From contig QPMI01000589.1 of the NCBI GenBank assembly GCA_004431415.1, positions 49,973 to 113,972 of the forward strand: a DNA stretch of 64,000 bases. Reading direction: 5' to 3'. Shown piece by piece: positions 24,440 through 36,521 of the stretch; position 1 is the stretch's first letter; the number at the start of each line of letters is the position of its first letter. The translations under genes were made by a program, and so were the position numbers. Below the pieces are notes generated by a model. The model had not been told where the DNA came from and did not search any database. It was given only the letters and a program-made list of their open reading frames with translations. Source of the DNA: Cyanophora paradoxa CCMP329. Its lineage: Eukaryota; Plantae; Glaucophyta.

Positions 24440-26487
24440 ATGGAGGTGCAGTCGAAGCGAGCAAGAACGGACGGGGACCAGGGCGCGTCCCAGCAGCTTG
24501 TAGAGCCAGCGGAAGGCTCGAGCTCGGCCGTGGCTGACAGCTTCATCGACGTGCTCCCGGACGCGCTGTTGGAGCGCATCTTCAGCGAGCACTTCAGCGC
24601 GGCCGAGGCGTGGCGGACGGCGCGGCTGGCGTGCCGCAAGTGGCGGCGGCTGGTGGAGGAGATCGAGTGGGGCGAGCTGCAGGTGGACGGGACGCGCCCA
24701 GCAACTTTCAGAACACTGGCAGCGGTCGTGCGGAGCGGGCGGCTGCGGCTGCGGGGCGGCGGGGCGGCGGCGGTGGAGTTTGACATCAAGTATCGGGATG
24801 TCGAGCGCAGCAGCAACCCTGACGACGCGCCTGTGATCACTGCGCGCAACGAGGAGCTGCTCGCGGAGATCAAAGTCGACGCGCTCGGGCAAGCAGCGCA
24901 CGACGCTCTCCGTGCGTGCATGTTAGCGGCGGGGGGCCTCCGGCACGTCGGCGTCAGCTACCACATCGGGGCGTTGAGTGACATCCTGTTGCGATTCGAG
25001 GACGACATGCGCGTCGCAATCGGCCGTAGGATCGCCTGGAAGGATCTCGGCGCGCTCAGCTCGCTGCAGCCCCCGTCCTCTTCATCGAGCAGCCTGTCCA
25101 GCCTCAGCATCCGGCGGAGAGACGTGGAGGAGGAGGAGGAGGAGGAGATGGACGAGATGTGGCAGGAGAGGCTTTGGATCCAGCGTGAGCTCTTCCTGGG
25201 CTTCGGCCCGAACGGCGCGCGGGCTCTGCGCACAGCAAGTTCACCCTTCTCCGGCCTCAAGTCGCTCATTTTCTCGTTCTCGTTGTTTTTTGGACGGGAG
25301 GAGACATCAGCGATCGCAGCCTCGTGCCCCGCCCTTGAGCGCCTTCACCTGTGCCCGTACGACGAAGACGCTTTCGTGGGCTTGTCTCCGCTGTCGAAGG
25401 TGCAGTCCGGCTAAGCTTTGATGTGGGGCAGACGCATTTCACAGTCTGAACTATTCTCGTTTCGGGGTCGCAGCTCGAGGAGCTTCGATGGTCTTCCAAA
25501 CTGTGTCAATTCAGCCCCGTCAGGCCGCGACTGACCCTCGGCGTTCACTTCGCGGAGTTCGCCGCCAGCCCCGCCGGCCAGAACCTGCGCATTCTCGGTG
25601 ATGCGTGGAAGGGGTGCACGTGATTTCCAAGCTTCCGTTTGCGCTCATGACTCGCTTCCCCTGAACTGCACCCAGACCTGCAGCTGGGGACAAAAACCAC
25701 GGACATGGCGATAGCTCGCAGCGGATGCGGCCCTCGGCGGCGTGCGCTCTGCCGGCCATGCGGAGCCTCGAGCGCCTCCTGTTCACGGAGGGCATCGAGG
25801 TCGTGCGCTCGCTTTTGGTCTGCTAGCACTGTGGCTTCTCGTGAACGCGTGGTCCGACGGTACTGCTCACGCTTTTTTTGTTTTGCAGAGCGATGGCCCC
25901 ATTGATTTTGGGGATGCACGGGAAGCGGTGGCGTGCATCGGCGCATGCGAGAAGCTCACGGAGCTCTCGTTCATCTGCAAGAACACCTCCGCCGGCTTCG
26001 GGGCAGAGACGGCCGTGCTGAACGGCCTCGCGGACGCCCTCGGGCGGTCGAAGAGCCTCCGCCACCTCGACCTCTCCTTCCGTGCGTGCATCCTTCACTC
26101 TAGGTCTTGATCTATTCTAGATCCGCGCAGTCCCCTGAAATCTGATCATGAGCTCAACCGGGTCTGGCAGTCATGGACAACGAACCTTATGAGCCCTGGC
26201 CAGCCTCGTCTGAGAACTGGGGGCCCTACCGTGAAGCTATGGGGCGCCTGCTGGCCGCCGCCGCGCCCGTCCTCCGCTCGGCAGTCGTCGCCTTCACGGG
26301 CATGGACGATGGCGACTACGGAGACACCCTGCACGACCGGCAGGCCTGCCTGTGGGAGAGCCTGCGGGCCGCCGGGCCGCTCGGGGCGGAGCTCGCCGGG
26401 CCGGCTCCGGTCGTGCAAATGGCCACCGTGACCGAACTGAGGTGGAGCCGCGCGGAGAGCGCTGCCCTCACCCCTATGCCGCAATGA
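24440..26487 (+). CDS. F-box/LRR protein, family 1 copy C
   Basis: MEVQSKRART..IDVLPDALLERIFSEHF; last exon WGPYREAMGRLLAAAAPVLR..LWESLRAAGPLGAELAG is shared with copy A. Confidence 0.8.
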
Positions 26488-26646
26488 TCTTGCAATTGGC
26501 CCTATCTTCTGCTTACGTGTTCTTTTATGTGAGCAGCATGCGCAGCTTTTTAAATATTTCTTTGATGTAAGAATGTAATATGAACAGCATATCAGGATCT
26601 GCCTAACCGATCACGCGAGGTAGGGGTTTGGAGATGGGCGAACTAC

Positions 26647-29600
26647 TACTGGACAGATGAGAGCGCTGCGGGGCCGGGCGCAGGGAGCCGGGCGCAGGGA
26701 AAGGAAAGAGGCGCTCGACGGAGGGGAAGGGGGGTGCGGAAGGGGTCTCGTGGGGCCGGGCGGGGCGGGCGCCGGCTCCTCACAGGTTCTGGATGTGCTT
26801 GTTGAGCCCGAGGAGGGTCTGCACCTCGGCCCGCTTCTGCAGGCCGCGGGGTGTCAGCTAGCTCAGCGCCTCTGTGGCCGGCATCAGGCGGGCACGCCTG
26901 GGCGGCCGCGGCGGGGGCGGGGCGCGGCACCTTCGCAGCGGCGGCCGCCTGCGCCTGCGCCTGCTGCGCGGCGAGCAGGCGCGCCTGCTGCGCCAGCACC
27001 GCCGAGGCCGTCGCCTGCGAGGGGCGCGGCTCGGGCCCGGGCGGGACGAGCGGGCGGGGCGCGGGGGGCGGGGCGCGCCTGGCCGGCCTGGGGCGGGCTC
27101 ATGCCGGGCATGGAGAGGGGCGGGGAGGCGACGCCCTCCGCGAGCTGCTGCTGCTGCTGCTGCTGCTGCCGCATCAGGGCCTGCGCGCGGGCCGGCTCAG
27201 AGGGGCCCCAGGGGCGGGCGGGCGGCGGGGCGGGGCGGGGCGGGCGGGCCTGCTGCTCCTGCTGGATCTTGAGGAAGTTGCCGGAGAGGGAGGCGCGCAG
27301 GGCCTGCTGCGCCGCCGCCTGCGCCCCGCGGCGCTCGGCACGGCGCCGGGCGCTGAGCGCAGGGCGGGGCGCGGGGGCGCCACGCAGCGGACCTGCTGGA
27401 GGAGGCGCTGCTGGAGGACGAGATTGTTGGCCGTCGGGCTCCCCGCGCCCCCGCCGCCGCCCCCGCCGCCGCTGCGCGCGCTCTCAGGGACCGGGCAGAG
27501 CGCGGGGCGGGGAGGGCGGAAGGGCACCGGCGGCGAGGCTGGCGCGCATGGAGGCGACGGCGGCGGGGTTGGCGCCCTGCTGGGCGCGCAGCGCGGCGAT
27601 CTGCTGCTGGCGGCGCTGCATGGCTGCCATCAGGTTCGCCTGCTGCTCCGGCGTCAGGTTCTGCAGCTGCTGCGCAGTGATCTGCCGCTGCTGCCCCGCC
27701 GCCGCCGCCGCCGCCGCCGCCGCTGCTGCCGCCGCCGCGGGGTCCGCCACATTGCCGGCGACGCCCGCGCCGCCGGCGGCGGCGACGATGGCAGCCTGGC
27801 GGGCGGCGAGCATGCGCTGCTGCTGCTGGAGGATGAGCTTCTGCTGCAGGACGGCCACGTCGATGCCCTGCGAGGCGGCGATCTGCTGCAGCATCGCCAT
27901 CTGCTGCTGCCGCCGCGCGGCCACCACCGCCGCCTGCTGCGCCGCCGCCGCCGCCTGCCCGGCCTGGTCCACCACGCCGTTCTGCACCAGCAGGTTCTTG
28001 GCGAAGAGGGTCGGGGAGAGGGTCGGGGAGAGGGAGGGCGAGTGGACGCCGGCGAACTGCGCCTGCGCCTGCGCCACGTTCACCGCCAGCTGCCCGGCCG
28101 CCGCCGCCCGCTGGCTCGCGGCCAGCAGCGCCGCCGGGTCGCCGGAGGACGCGGATGCGTCGCCCTCCGCCGGCGTCGCCGGCGCCGCCTCCTCCTCCGT
28201 CGCCGCCCTCCGCCGCCCCTTCAGCTTGCCGCGGTCGGCCGTCCGCTGGCCGGCGGCCGCGTAGGGCCCCGGCGTGTCGGCCGCCGCCGCCTCCTCCGCC
28301 GGCGCCTCCGTGCCGATCTGGAGGGCCGCCAGCTCGCGCTGCTGCTTCCGGCTGAGCTTCGTCTGCGGCTGCGTGGCGTGCTGCACGGCCGAGGGCGCCG
28401 GCGGCGGCTCCAGCCGCTGCGCCCGCTCCGCCTCGCGCTCCTGCTTGCGCAGGGCCTCCCGCTGCTTCTTCGTGAGGCGGCCCTGCATGCTCGCCACCGT
28501 CGCCGCCGCCGCCGCCGCCGTCGCCGCCGCCGCCGGCTCGGGCGCCGGCTCCATGCCGGGCAGCGAGCGGCCGCCCTTGACGGCGCGCCGCTGGTTGTCC
28601 CGCGCCTGCTCCTCCTGCAGCGCCGCCTGCATGGCCGCCAGCTGCGCCGCCTGCTGCGCTGCCGCCGCCGCCGCCTCGGCGGCCTGTCGCTCCTGTTCGC
28701 TGACGGGCGGGGCGAGGATCTCGCGGTACGGCTGCGGCGCCTCGCCCTCCTCGTCGGGGTGGATCCGCTTGCACGCGTCCGCCGTCACGATGCCGCCGGC
28801 CCGCGCCAGGCGGCCCATGCGCGTCTCGAAGCTCCGCCCCGCCGAGAGGGGCTGCGGGCCCGTCGGCGCCGGCGGCCGCCGCTCCTCTGCGGGGGGCGTC
28901 AAAGGTGGGCGGGGCGGCACGGCCGGCGGGGGAGGGCGCACGGATGGGAGCGGGGGCCGGCGACGCCACGGCGGAGGCGCCGACTGAGCCGGCCTTGCGC
29001 GGGGGCGGCGGCATGGCGGCTTCCGGGGGCGCGCTGGCCCGCCCCGCCTTGGCCTTGGCCCCCGCCAGCGACGCGGCGCGCGGCGGCGGCGGCGGCGGAA
29101 GGACGATCTCCCCCTTGGCCTTCTTCACGGGGCGCTGCCCCGCGGCCGACAGCAGCGCGTCGCTCTCGCGCCCGCGCTTCACGGTGCCGCGGGCCCCGCG
29201 GGCGAGCTCCGCGGGGTCGGGCGGGTTCGCCTCGCACTTGGCTGCAGGCGGGCGGTGAGCGGAGGAGCCGGCGGACGCGGCACCGGGGCGCCCGCACCGA
29301 TGTGCTCAGCGGCCATGTTCGCCTTGAGAGGCTTGTTACAGTGAATGCAGTAAACGATACGGAGCTGGTCTGTCAGAGGCGCGCGACCAAAGAGTCGCTG
29401 ATCCTGCGCTGGGAGCGCGACGACGGGCGACGCTCCTGCGAACAGGTCGCGGCAGCGTCAAGAGAATAACGACGGGCAAGAGGAGCGGCGAGATTCACCA
29501 AGCGGAGAAGTGCTCCCTCCCTGCGAGGTGCTGGCCTTGGCGCCGTTGGCTGGGGCCCCAAGAAGTGCTGCCCACGACGTGCCCGCGTACGCCTCCCGGG

Positions 29601-30182
29601 AACGCGGCGGCCTCCGCTTCGGTCCTCCTACCTTACGATCGCTCGGAGCGGGGGACCCGTCTGTCACCGAGCCGTCTGCCTCGATCCGCCAGGTGCTCAC
29701 GCCAAGCGCAGGGATCACGCGCTTGAAGAAGGATTCGACATCCTTCGGGCGTAGGTGTACAGGAAGCTGTTCGAATCCGCTCTTGATCTCTGCGCAGAGA
29801 GGCCGCGAGATCAGCACCAGCACCGGCATGCCACTGGGCGTTCTGGGAGAGCGCAGAGGCGGGCTGGCGCGGCCTAGGCGATGGTTCTACGACTACGGCG
29901 GCGACTTGACGCGAAGGCGAACGCGAGCCGGCCACGGGGGAGAAAGGCACTTCAAACAGGGGCGGCGGCACGGCAGGATGGTCGACGAAAAGGGATAGCC
30001 CGGGCGTTGGGGAGAGATGCACAAAGCCGTGCGAGGGTCCAGTTGAAGTCAGGCGACGCACCCTGGTTGCACGACACAAGCTGCTCTTCCAAACTCTCTG
30101 CGCACGCCGGAACGTCCTCCTCCGCCGATTTGAGTGATTCTGGGTCCGCCACGCTTGCACTTGCGTTCGCCTCTTTCATCAA
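26647..30182 (-). CDS. Gln/Ala-rich low-complexity nuclear-type protein, multi-exon, ends approximate
   Basis: Exons with polyQ tracts, basic NLS-like GQRPVKKAK and LTKKQREALRKQ, and host-style introns. Confidence 0.55.
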
Positions 30183-30345
30183 CCGCGCAGCATCATCGTT
30201 GCGCGGCTATAAGACGAGCATCGCCTAGGCTTTGAGTTAAAGCGAGGGCGTGCGCCTGGGTTGGCGGAGCCCGATGACAGGCCGATGTCGCCGGGCGGGT
30301 ACGCTGTTCGACGGAAGTTTGCTGCATCCCCCCACACACAGCAAA

Positions 30346-32426
30346 ATGCCCAGCGGCTTCGTGTCGATCGCACCGGCCTCCAGTGTCCGACCCGCGCGAG
30401 CGGTAGTCTCGTCGCGGAAGTGCTTGTACGGCTCCGCCGTGCCGAGCCCAAGCGCTCGCACCCGGCGCTCGACGCGGAGCGCCGACGGAGAGCCGTCCGC
30501 GTCGACGTTCGTCTCCAGCGCGGAGAGCCCAGCGGTGCGTCCCCGGAACCGCCGACACGTGCACGCGCCGATCCACGCGCGCTGCCGCCTGCGCAGGTGC
30601 CGCGGACGGACTACGGGCTCGCCAATGAGAAGAAGCTTAAGATTGCTCCCGTGCTGAACGGACTCTGGCAGGTGCGCCCGCTCCCGGGCCTGGATCGCCG
30701 CCGGGAAGCGCGTCGACGCCGCGCGCCGCCGCGCGCAGCTCTCCGGGGGCCACGGGGCGCGCTACGACGGGCTCATGGGCAAGAAGAGGGGCGAGGAGGC
30801 CGTGGAGCGCATGTTCGACTACGTCGCCGCCGGCCTCTCCACCTTCGACTGCGCCGACCAGTGCGCCCCGCGCCGCGCCCCCGCGCTCCCTCCGTCCGCT
30901 CTGAGGGCCGCGCGCAGCTACGGCCCGTCGGAGGACCTGCTCGGCGTCTTCCTGAAGCGCTACGAGGAGCGCTTCGGCGCCGGGCGCGCCTCCGACGTCC
31001 AGGTCCTCACCAAGGTGCCGTTGTACCCCCCGCCCGCCCCTCCCCCTCTCCCTCTCCCCCCCGCCTGACGAGGGCCGGGGCAGTGGGTGCCGGGGCCGGA
31101 GCCGGCGACGCCCGCCGAGGTCGAGGCCGCCATCGACGTCAGCCTCCGCCGCCTCCAGGCCCGCCCCGCCCCTGTACCCCCCCCCGGACCTCTCCCCCCT
31201 AACTCATCCCCTCCCCAGGTGGGTACGCTGGACTCGCTGCAGTTCCACTGGTGGGAGTACGGGGCGCCCTACTACCTGGACGTCCTCCGCAGCCTCGCCG
31301 ACCTCCAGGCCCGTACCCCCGCCCCTGCCCCCGTACCCCTCGCGCCTCGAACGCTGATCGCTGGGCGGACTGCAGGCCAAGGGCAAGATCCGCCACCTCG
31401 CCGTGCGCCTTTCCCCCCCCCCCCCCATTGTAAAACGCTGTACCCCCTGAGGTCGCCCGCGCCGCAGCTGACGAACTTCGACACGGAGCACCTCGCGGAG
31501 ATCGTCGACGCCGGCATCCCCATCGCCTCCAACCAGCGCGCCCCGCGTACCCCCCCGCCGCTCCTCCCCCCGGGACCTGACTCGTACCCCCCGCAGGGTG
31601 CAGTTCTCGGTGGTGGACCGGCGCCCCGACAACGCGATGCTCCAGTACTGCAACGAGAAGGGTGCGGCGCCCCGCCCCGCGCCCCGCGCCCCGCCCCGCC
31701 GCCGGCTCAGGTGAGAGCGGGGCGGGGGCAGGGATCCGGCTGCTGGCGTACGGGACGTGCGCGGGGGGCCTTCTCTCGGAGAAGTACCTGGGGGCCCCCG
31801 AGCCCCGCGGGCCCGCCCTCGACACCTACTCCAAGGTCCCCGTACCCCCGCCCTCTCCCGCCTCCCCCCAATCTGATCTGGGCTCGGGCCGGGGCGGGCA
31901 GAGCAAGTACAAGCGGTTCGTGGACTACGCGCTTGGCTGGGACGGGCTGCAGCGCCTCCTGCGGGCGCTCAAGGCCGTCGCCGACAAGCACTCCGTCGAC
32001 GTCACGAACGTCGCCGTCCGGTGCGCAACTTCGTACCCCCGAGAAGAAGGCGGGTACGGCGCCGGCGCCGGTGCCGACGGGGGCGCCCCGCTCGCGATCG
32101 CAGGTACGTGATGGAGAAGGAGGGCGCGCCGCTCCCGATCGTCGGCTGCCGCCTCGCCGTCTCCGACCACATCCAGGGCCCGCCCGCCCCGCCCCGCCCC
32201 GCCCGTAGAGCTTCCGCCTCTCGAGCCGCCCCGCAGAGACGGTGCGGCTCTTCTCCTTCGCGCTCGACGAGGCCGATCACGCCGCGATCAACGAGGCGCG
32301 CCCCAATCCCAGCGCCCCGCCCCTCCCCCGCCCCGCCCCGCCGCTGAGGCCGGGGCGGGGCCGGGGCAGGCGCTGGAGGGGGCGCGGATGGTCCCCGGCG
32401 ACTGCGGCGACGAGTACCGCCGCTGA
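30346..32426 (+). CDS. Aldo-keto reductase family protein with a plastid transit peptide, multi-exon
   Basis: VLNGLWQ-LSGGHG, GLSTFDCAD-YGPSE, IDVSLRRL, LDSLQFHWW, GKIRHL-LTNFDTEHL, LLAYGTCAGGLLSEKYLG; N-terminus MPSGFVSIAPASSVRPAR. Confidence 0.92.
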
Positions 32427-32970
32427 GCCCGCCCCGCGGCGCTCGTGTCAGCCTGGAGGCTGCGCATGCGACCGGCAATGCACGAAACATCCGAACCAAT
32501 TTAAAAGCTACACCAAATATTAATAGCTGGATGGGGGCGGGGGCGGCGCGGGCGGCCGCGGGCGAGTCTTCCTGCGCGCGTCCGCTTAAATTCTTATATA
32601 TATCATTCTTCAGCCTGGCAGTCGACGACATGATCACGTGCACATGTACACGGCCTGTCGACGTCGCCGGGTTCCAGCGCATGCGCACTGCGGCAAGCGC
32701 TAGCCCATCACGTGCACGGCGCGTCACAGCTGAAGCTTTAATTTTTAAGAGTCGAGCTGCGGGCTGGGCAATTGCAAGTGGGTCATCGATATCAGGCCTA
32801 TCGATATCTAGATAGATATCGATCTAGATCGAGCACGCGCTGGAGGCTGTGCCCGAGCCGGTCAGCGGTCCACCCCTCCGCGCCCGCACTGCAGTACCCG
32901 GCCCGGGGCGACGCGTCGGACGCGCGCGGCGGATGCGCGTCGGACGCATATGCATATCGCCGAGGAGAGA

Positions 32971-35403
32971 ATGAAGCGCGATGGCAAGGGGGCCTCGAGC
33001 TCGAGCAACGACGACGACGAGCCCGGCGCGGCGGATTTGAGACGCGGGCGCTCGCGACTGTCAGCTTCAATCGATGCAGCGGTGCGGAAGTCAGCTGCGC
33101 TGGATCCTGTGCCGGCTGGCGGTCATGATTGAGCGCGCAGGAGGAGGCGGCCGACGCATCCTCGCCAATTGCAATGCTCCCCGACGAGCTGCTCATGCAG
33201 ATTCTGCGGCTCGTGGCCCGCGAGGTCGGCACGCGCCCGGCTGCGGGCTGCGCGGCCTGACTCCCCCGGCAGCTGCCTTCGGACGAGGAACCGTACGGCC
33301 AATGCCGGTGCCGGTGGCCCGCGGCGCTATGCAGCGTGAACGAGCTCCGCGCCGTCTGCAAGCGGTTCAAGTCGGCGATGGACGCGGCGGGCGGGCCGCT
33401 CGCGCTCTTCGAGTCCGCGTGGTGGGGCCCTGGGGTCGAGCGCTGGCTGGCGGGATGCCCCGGCGGCGTCCACGCGTTTCTCGCGGACCAAGCGCCACGC
33501 CTCACCGGCCTGCGCGACGTGGCGGTCGGCGGCGGTGGTCAGTACAGCGCCCGCTTCCTGGCGGCCATCCCGAGCGCATGCTGGCCCTCCCTTTCGACTC
33601 TGCGCATCCCTTGCGGCTTCACGGGCGAGCTCGATCTCCGGGCCTGCTCCGACGCCCTCGCCGCCGTCCCGACCGCCAAGCTGAGCCTCCGCTCCTTCGA
33701 GGCGCGCCGCGCCCGCCGCTGCTGCGCCAGCGCCGCCCGCGCCGCCTCATCACAATCTCGCGCAGGTGAATGTCGGTCGAATGCTGCATTATGACGAGGA
33801 GGCCTCGGCTCTGCTCGGAACGATCGTCCGCCGCTGCGCCCCGTCGCTTCGCAGCCTCAATCTGACGGGTATCGTCTTGGACGGTAACCCCTTCCCCCAC
33901 CCTTGAACACCCCCACCCGCCGCTCTGATGGGCGCGCAGGCCGCTGGGAGGACCTGTTCCCCGTCGCGGGCCTGCGCGAGCTTGGCCTCGGCCTCCCGCC
34001 CCGCCCCGTCGCCCTCGGCGGCCTGGAGCGGAGCGGGGCGGCGGCCACCCTCGAGACCCTCGTCATCCAAGCCGGCGACCCGCTCTCGGGGCCGGGGGGG
34101 CGGGACTCGGCCGTCGCCCTCGCCGCCCTCCCCGCCCTCTCCAGCTTCATCAACGACACCTCGCACGCCGGGATTGTGCACTTAGGCTGGGGTTCCGAAT
34201 GGGCCGTGCTCCCCCCGCTCACCCCCGGCTCCTTCCCATCCCTGCGCTCCCTCACCCTCCGCGGCCCCTCCACGCGCTCCGACTGGTGGGCCGCCGCCCT
34301 CGCCTCCCCCGCGGGGGCCCGCCTCGAGAGCGTGCGCCTCGCCCCTGGCTGAGCCGCTGCTTTCCCGCGCCACCCACACGCGCCCGCGCAGCTCTCGCTG
34401 GAGAAGGTGAACGGCGCGGGGCGCCTGGTGGAGTCGCTGCAGGCCTCTGGGCGGCCCCACGCCCTCCACACGCTCCGCCTATCGGGGTGCCCCCTGCCGA
34501 GGGCGGACGCCGCTCGCCTCCTCGGCTTCGCGGCCGGCCTCCCCGCCCTCCACACCTTCACCCTCTTCCTAACCAACCGCAAAGAGGTACCGCCTTTACC
34601 GCACCCCCGCACGCCTCTCAGATCCGCCCACTGAAATGGATGCGGGGTCGGCAGGACGCGGACGGGTGTGGCCCCGCACCCGATCCCCCGGGCCCGCTCG
34701 CCTCGCTCTAAGCTCCCCCGCCGCAGCGTTGTGCAGCTCCCCCCGGCCCCCGAGGGCTCCTTCCCCGCCCTCCGCCACCTCTCCCTGAGCGCCCCCTCCA
34801 CGCCCTGCGGCTGGTGGGCCGCCGCCCTCGCATCCGGTTCCGGCGCCCGCCTCGAAAGCGTGCGTGCCTGCCTATGCCCCCTGCCCCCCTCCCCTCCTCC
34901 CCTCCAACTCCCCCCGCAGCTCAAGCTGGGGAATGTTGCGGAGGCGTGGCGCGCGCTGGCGGCGCTGCAGGCCCCGGGCCCGCCCCTCGCCCTGCACAGG
35001 CTCTCCCTCTCCTGGTGCCGCTTGGGCTCGGAGGAGGCCCCGCGCCTCGCCGGCCTCCTCGCCGCCTGCCCCGCCCTCAAGCGCTTCTTTGTGCGGGGCT
35101 GCGACGAGGTGCCGCCCTGCTCCCCCGCCCCGCCCCGTCGTCCGACCCCTCCACTGACGCGGCGCGACGCCCGCGCGCCGGCGAGCAGCTCGAAAAGTGC
35201 GCGTCCCGTCCCCCGTCCCCGCGTCCCGCAACCCCTTCCCCGCCTCCGCCCGACCTGAGCGCGGCGGCGGCAGGTTCCTGGCGGGCGGGGGCGACGCGGA
35301 GGCGGCGGGGCCGCGCCTGCTGCGGGAGCTCGAGGCGCGCGGGGTGGACGTGGACGTAGAGGGACGCAAGACACACACGGATCCCCCAAGCCCGATTTGC
35401 TAA
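32971..35403 (+). CDS. F-box/LRR protein, family 2 copy A
   Basis: SPIAMLPDELLMQILRLV F-box; repeated GSFPALRxLxLxGPSTxxxWWAAALAS exons. Confidence 0.7.
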
Positions 35404-35929
35404 ATTCACACCAAGGAATATTAAACGGGTACCCGCTTCGCTGCCCATGAGATCGGGCCCCGGCGGGGGCGGAAGATGGCGGGGGAGGGGGCCGGGAGGG
35501 CGGGAGGGGGGAGGGGGGGCGAGTCTTCCAGCGGCCGTGTAAAGCTTCCTATCGTTCTTCGGTCAGGGAATCGATCCGCGCTCTTCTATATATATCCCGG
35601 CCCGGGCTTCGGAACGGAGACGGGCGGGCAGAGGGCGGCTCCTCAGGGCCTCAGCGCGCGAACATGGCGAACGGCTGCACGCGTACGGGGCGACCGGTTC
35701 CGTTCGGGTAGAGGGGGGTACAGGCGCATTGCGGCGCGGGGCGGGCGGGGCGGGGGCGCACGGAGGGCTCCGCGACCGGCGGGGGCGCGCCCCCGCGCAG
35801 GTGGCCATGCATATGGACGAGGATGGCCGCGTCCCGGGCGCGCTGCTCCGGGGGCGCCTGCGAGCCATGGCTCAGCCCGCAGGGCCCGGGAGGGGCGGGG
35901 GTACGGGGGCGCGGGGGCAGGCCTGGCGG

Positions 35930-36339
35930 ACGGGGGCGGGGACCGGAGGGAGGAGAATGGGTTGTCGACGAAGTTGACGTCCCCGAGGCGGAGGGGCGCG
36001 GCGGCGAGGCCGGGAGCGCCTCAGGGCCTCGAGGCGGCTGCAGTGGACGAGGAGGGCGCGCAGGCGCAGGCGCGGGCCGGGAGGGCGCCGAGGCCCTAGC
36101 TATATAGGGCCGCCGGGAGCCGCTCGAAGGCGTTGCTCGAGCTCGAAGCAGCGAACCAGAGCCACGTGCACTCGAGGCGCGGAGCTCGAGCTCGTCGGGG
36201 AGCGCGCGAGGCGGTTAACGTTGCTGGAGAGGTCGAGCGCCGGCGCCGCGAGGTTCACGAGCCGCGCCAGCTGCGCCCCCGTCACCTCCGCCAGCCCGTT
36301 CCCCAGCGGGTTCAGCACGCGCACGCTCTCCGCGTCCAC
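35930..36339 (-). pseudogene. Degenerate LRR gene fragment
   Basis: Frame-broken LRR-like peptides (LARLVNLAAPALDLSSN, LVHCSRLEAL, LGDVNFVDNPF). Confidence 0.3.
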
Positions 36340-36521
36340 CGTATCGATCTCCGCGGTCGGCCAGGCGAGCAGCTAGCTATAGCGCTAGCGCTTCGAATTC
36401 TATAGAACGCCAGTACCCCGGCACCCATGATCATTCGCATGATCACCCATCGGATCGACGCTGACGCGTGCGGGAGCCGACTCAGCCGAGGCGCCATCGC
36501 GCATAAATCGCCGAGTACAGC

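Noticed and set aside
26657-29469. Long + strand ORFs (535 and 872 aa)
   Set aside because: Antisense shadows of the Q/A-rich gene
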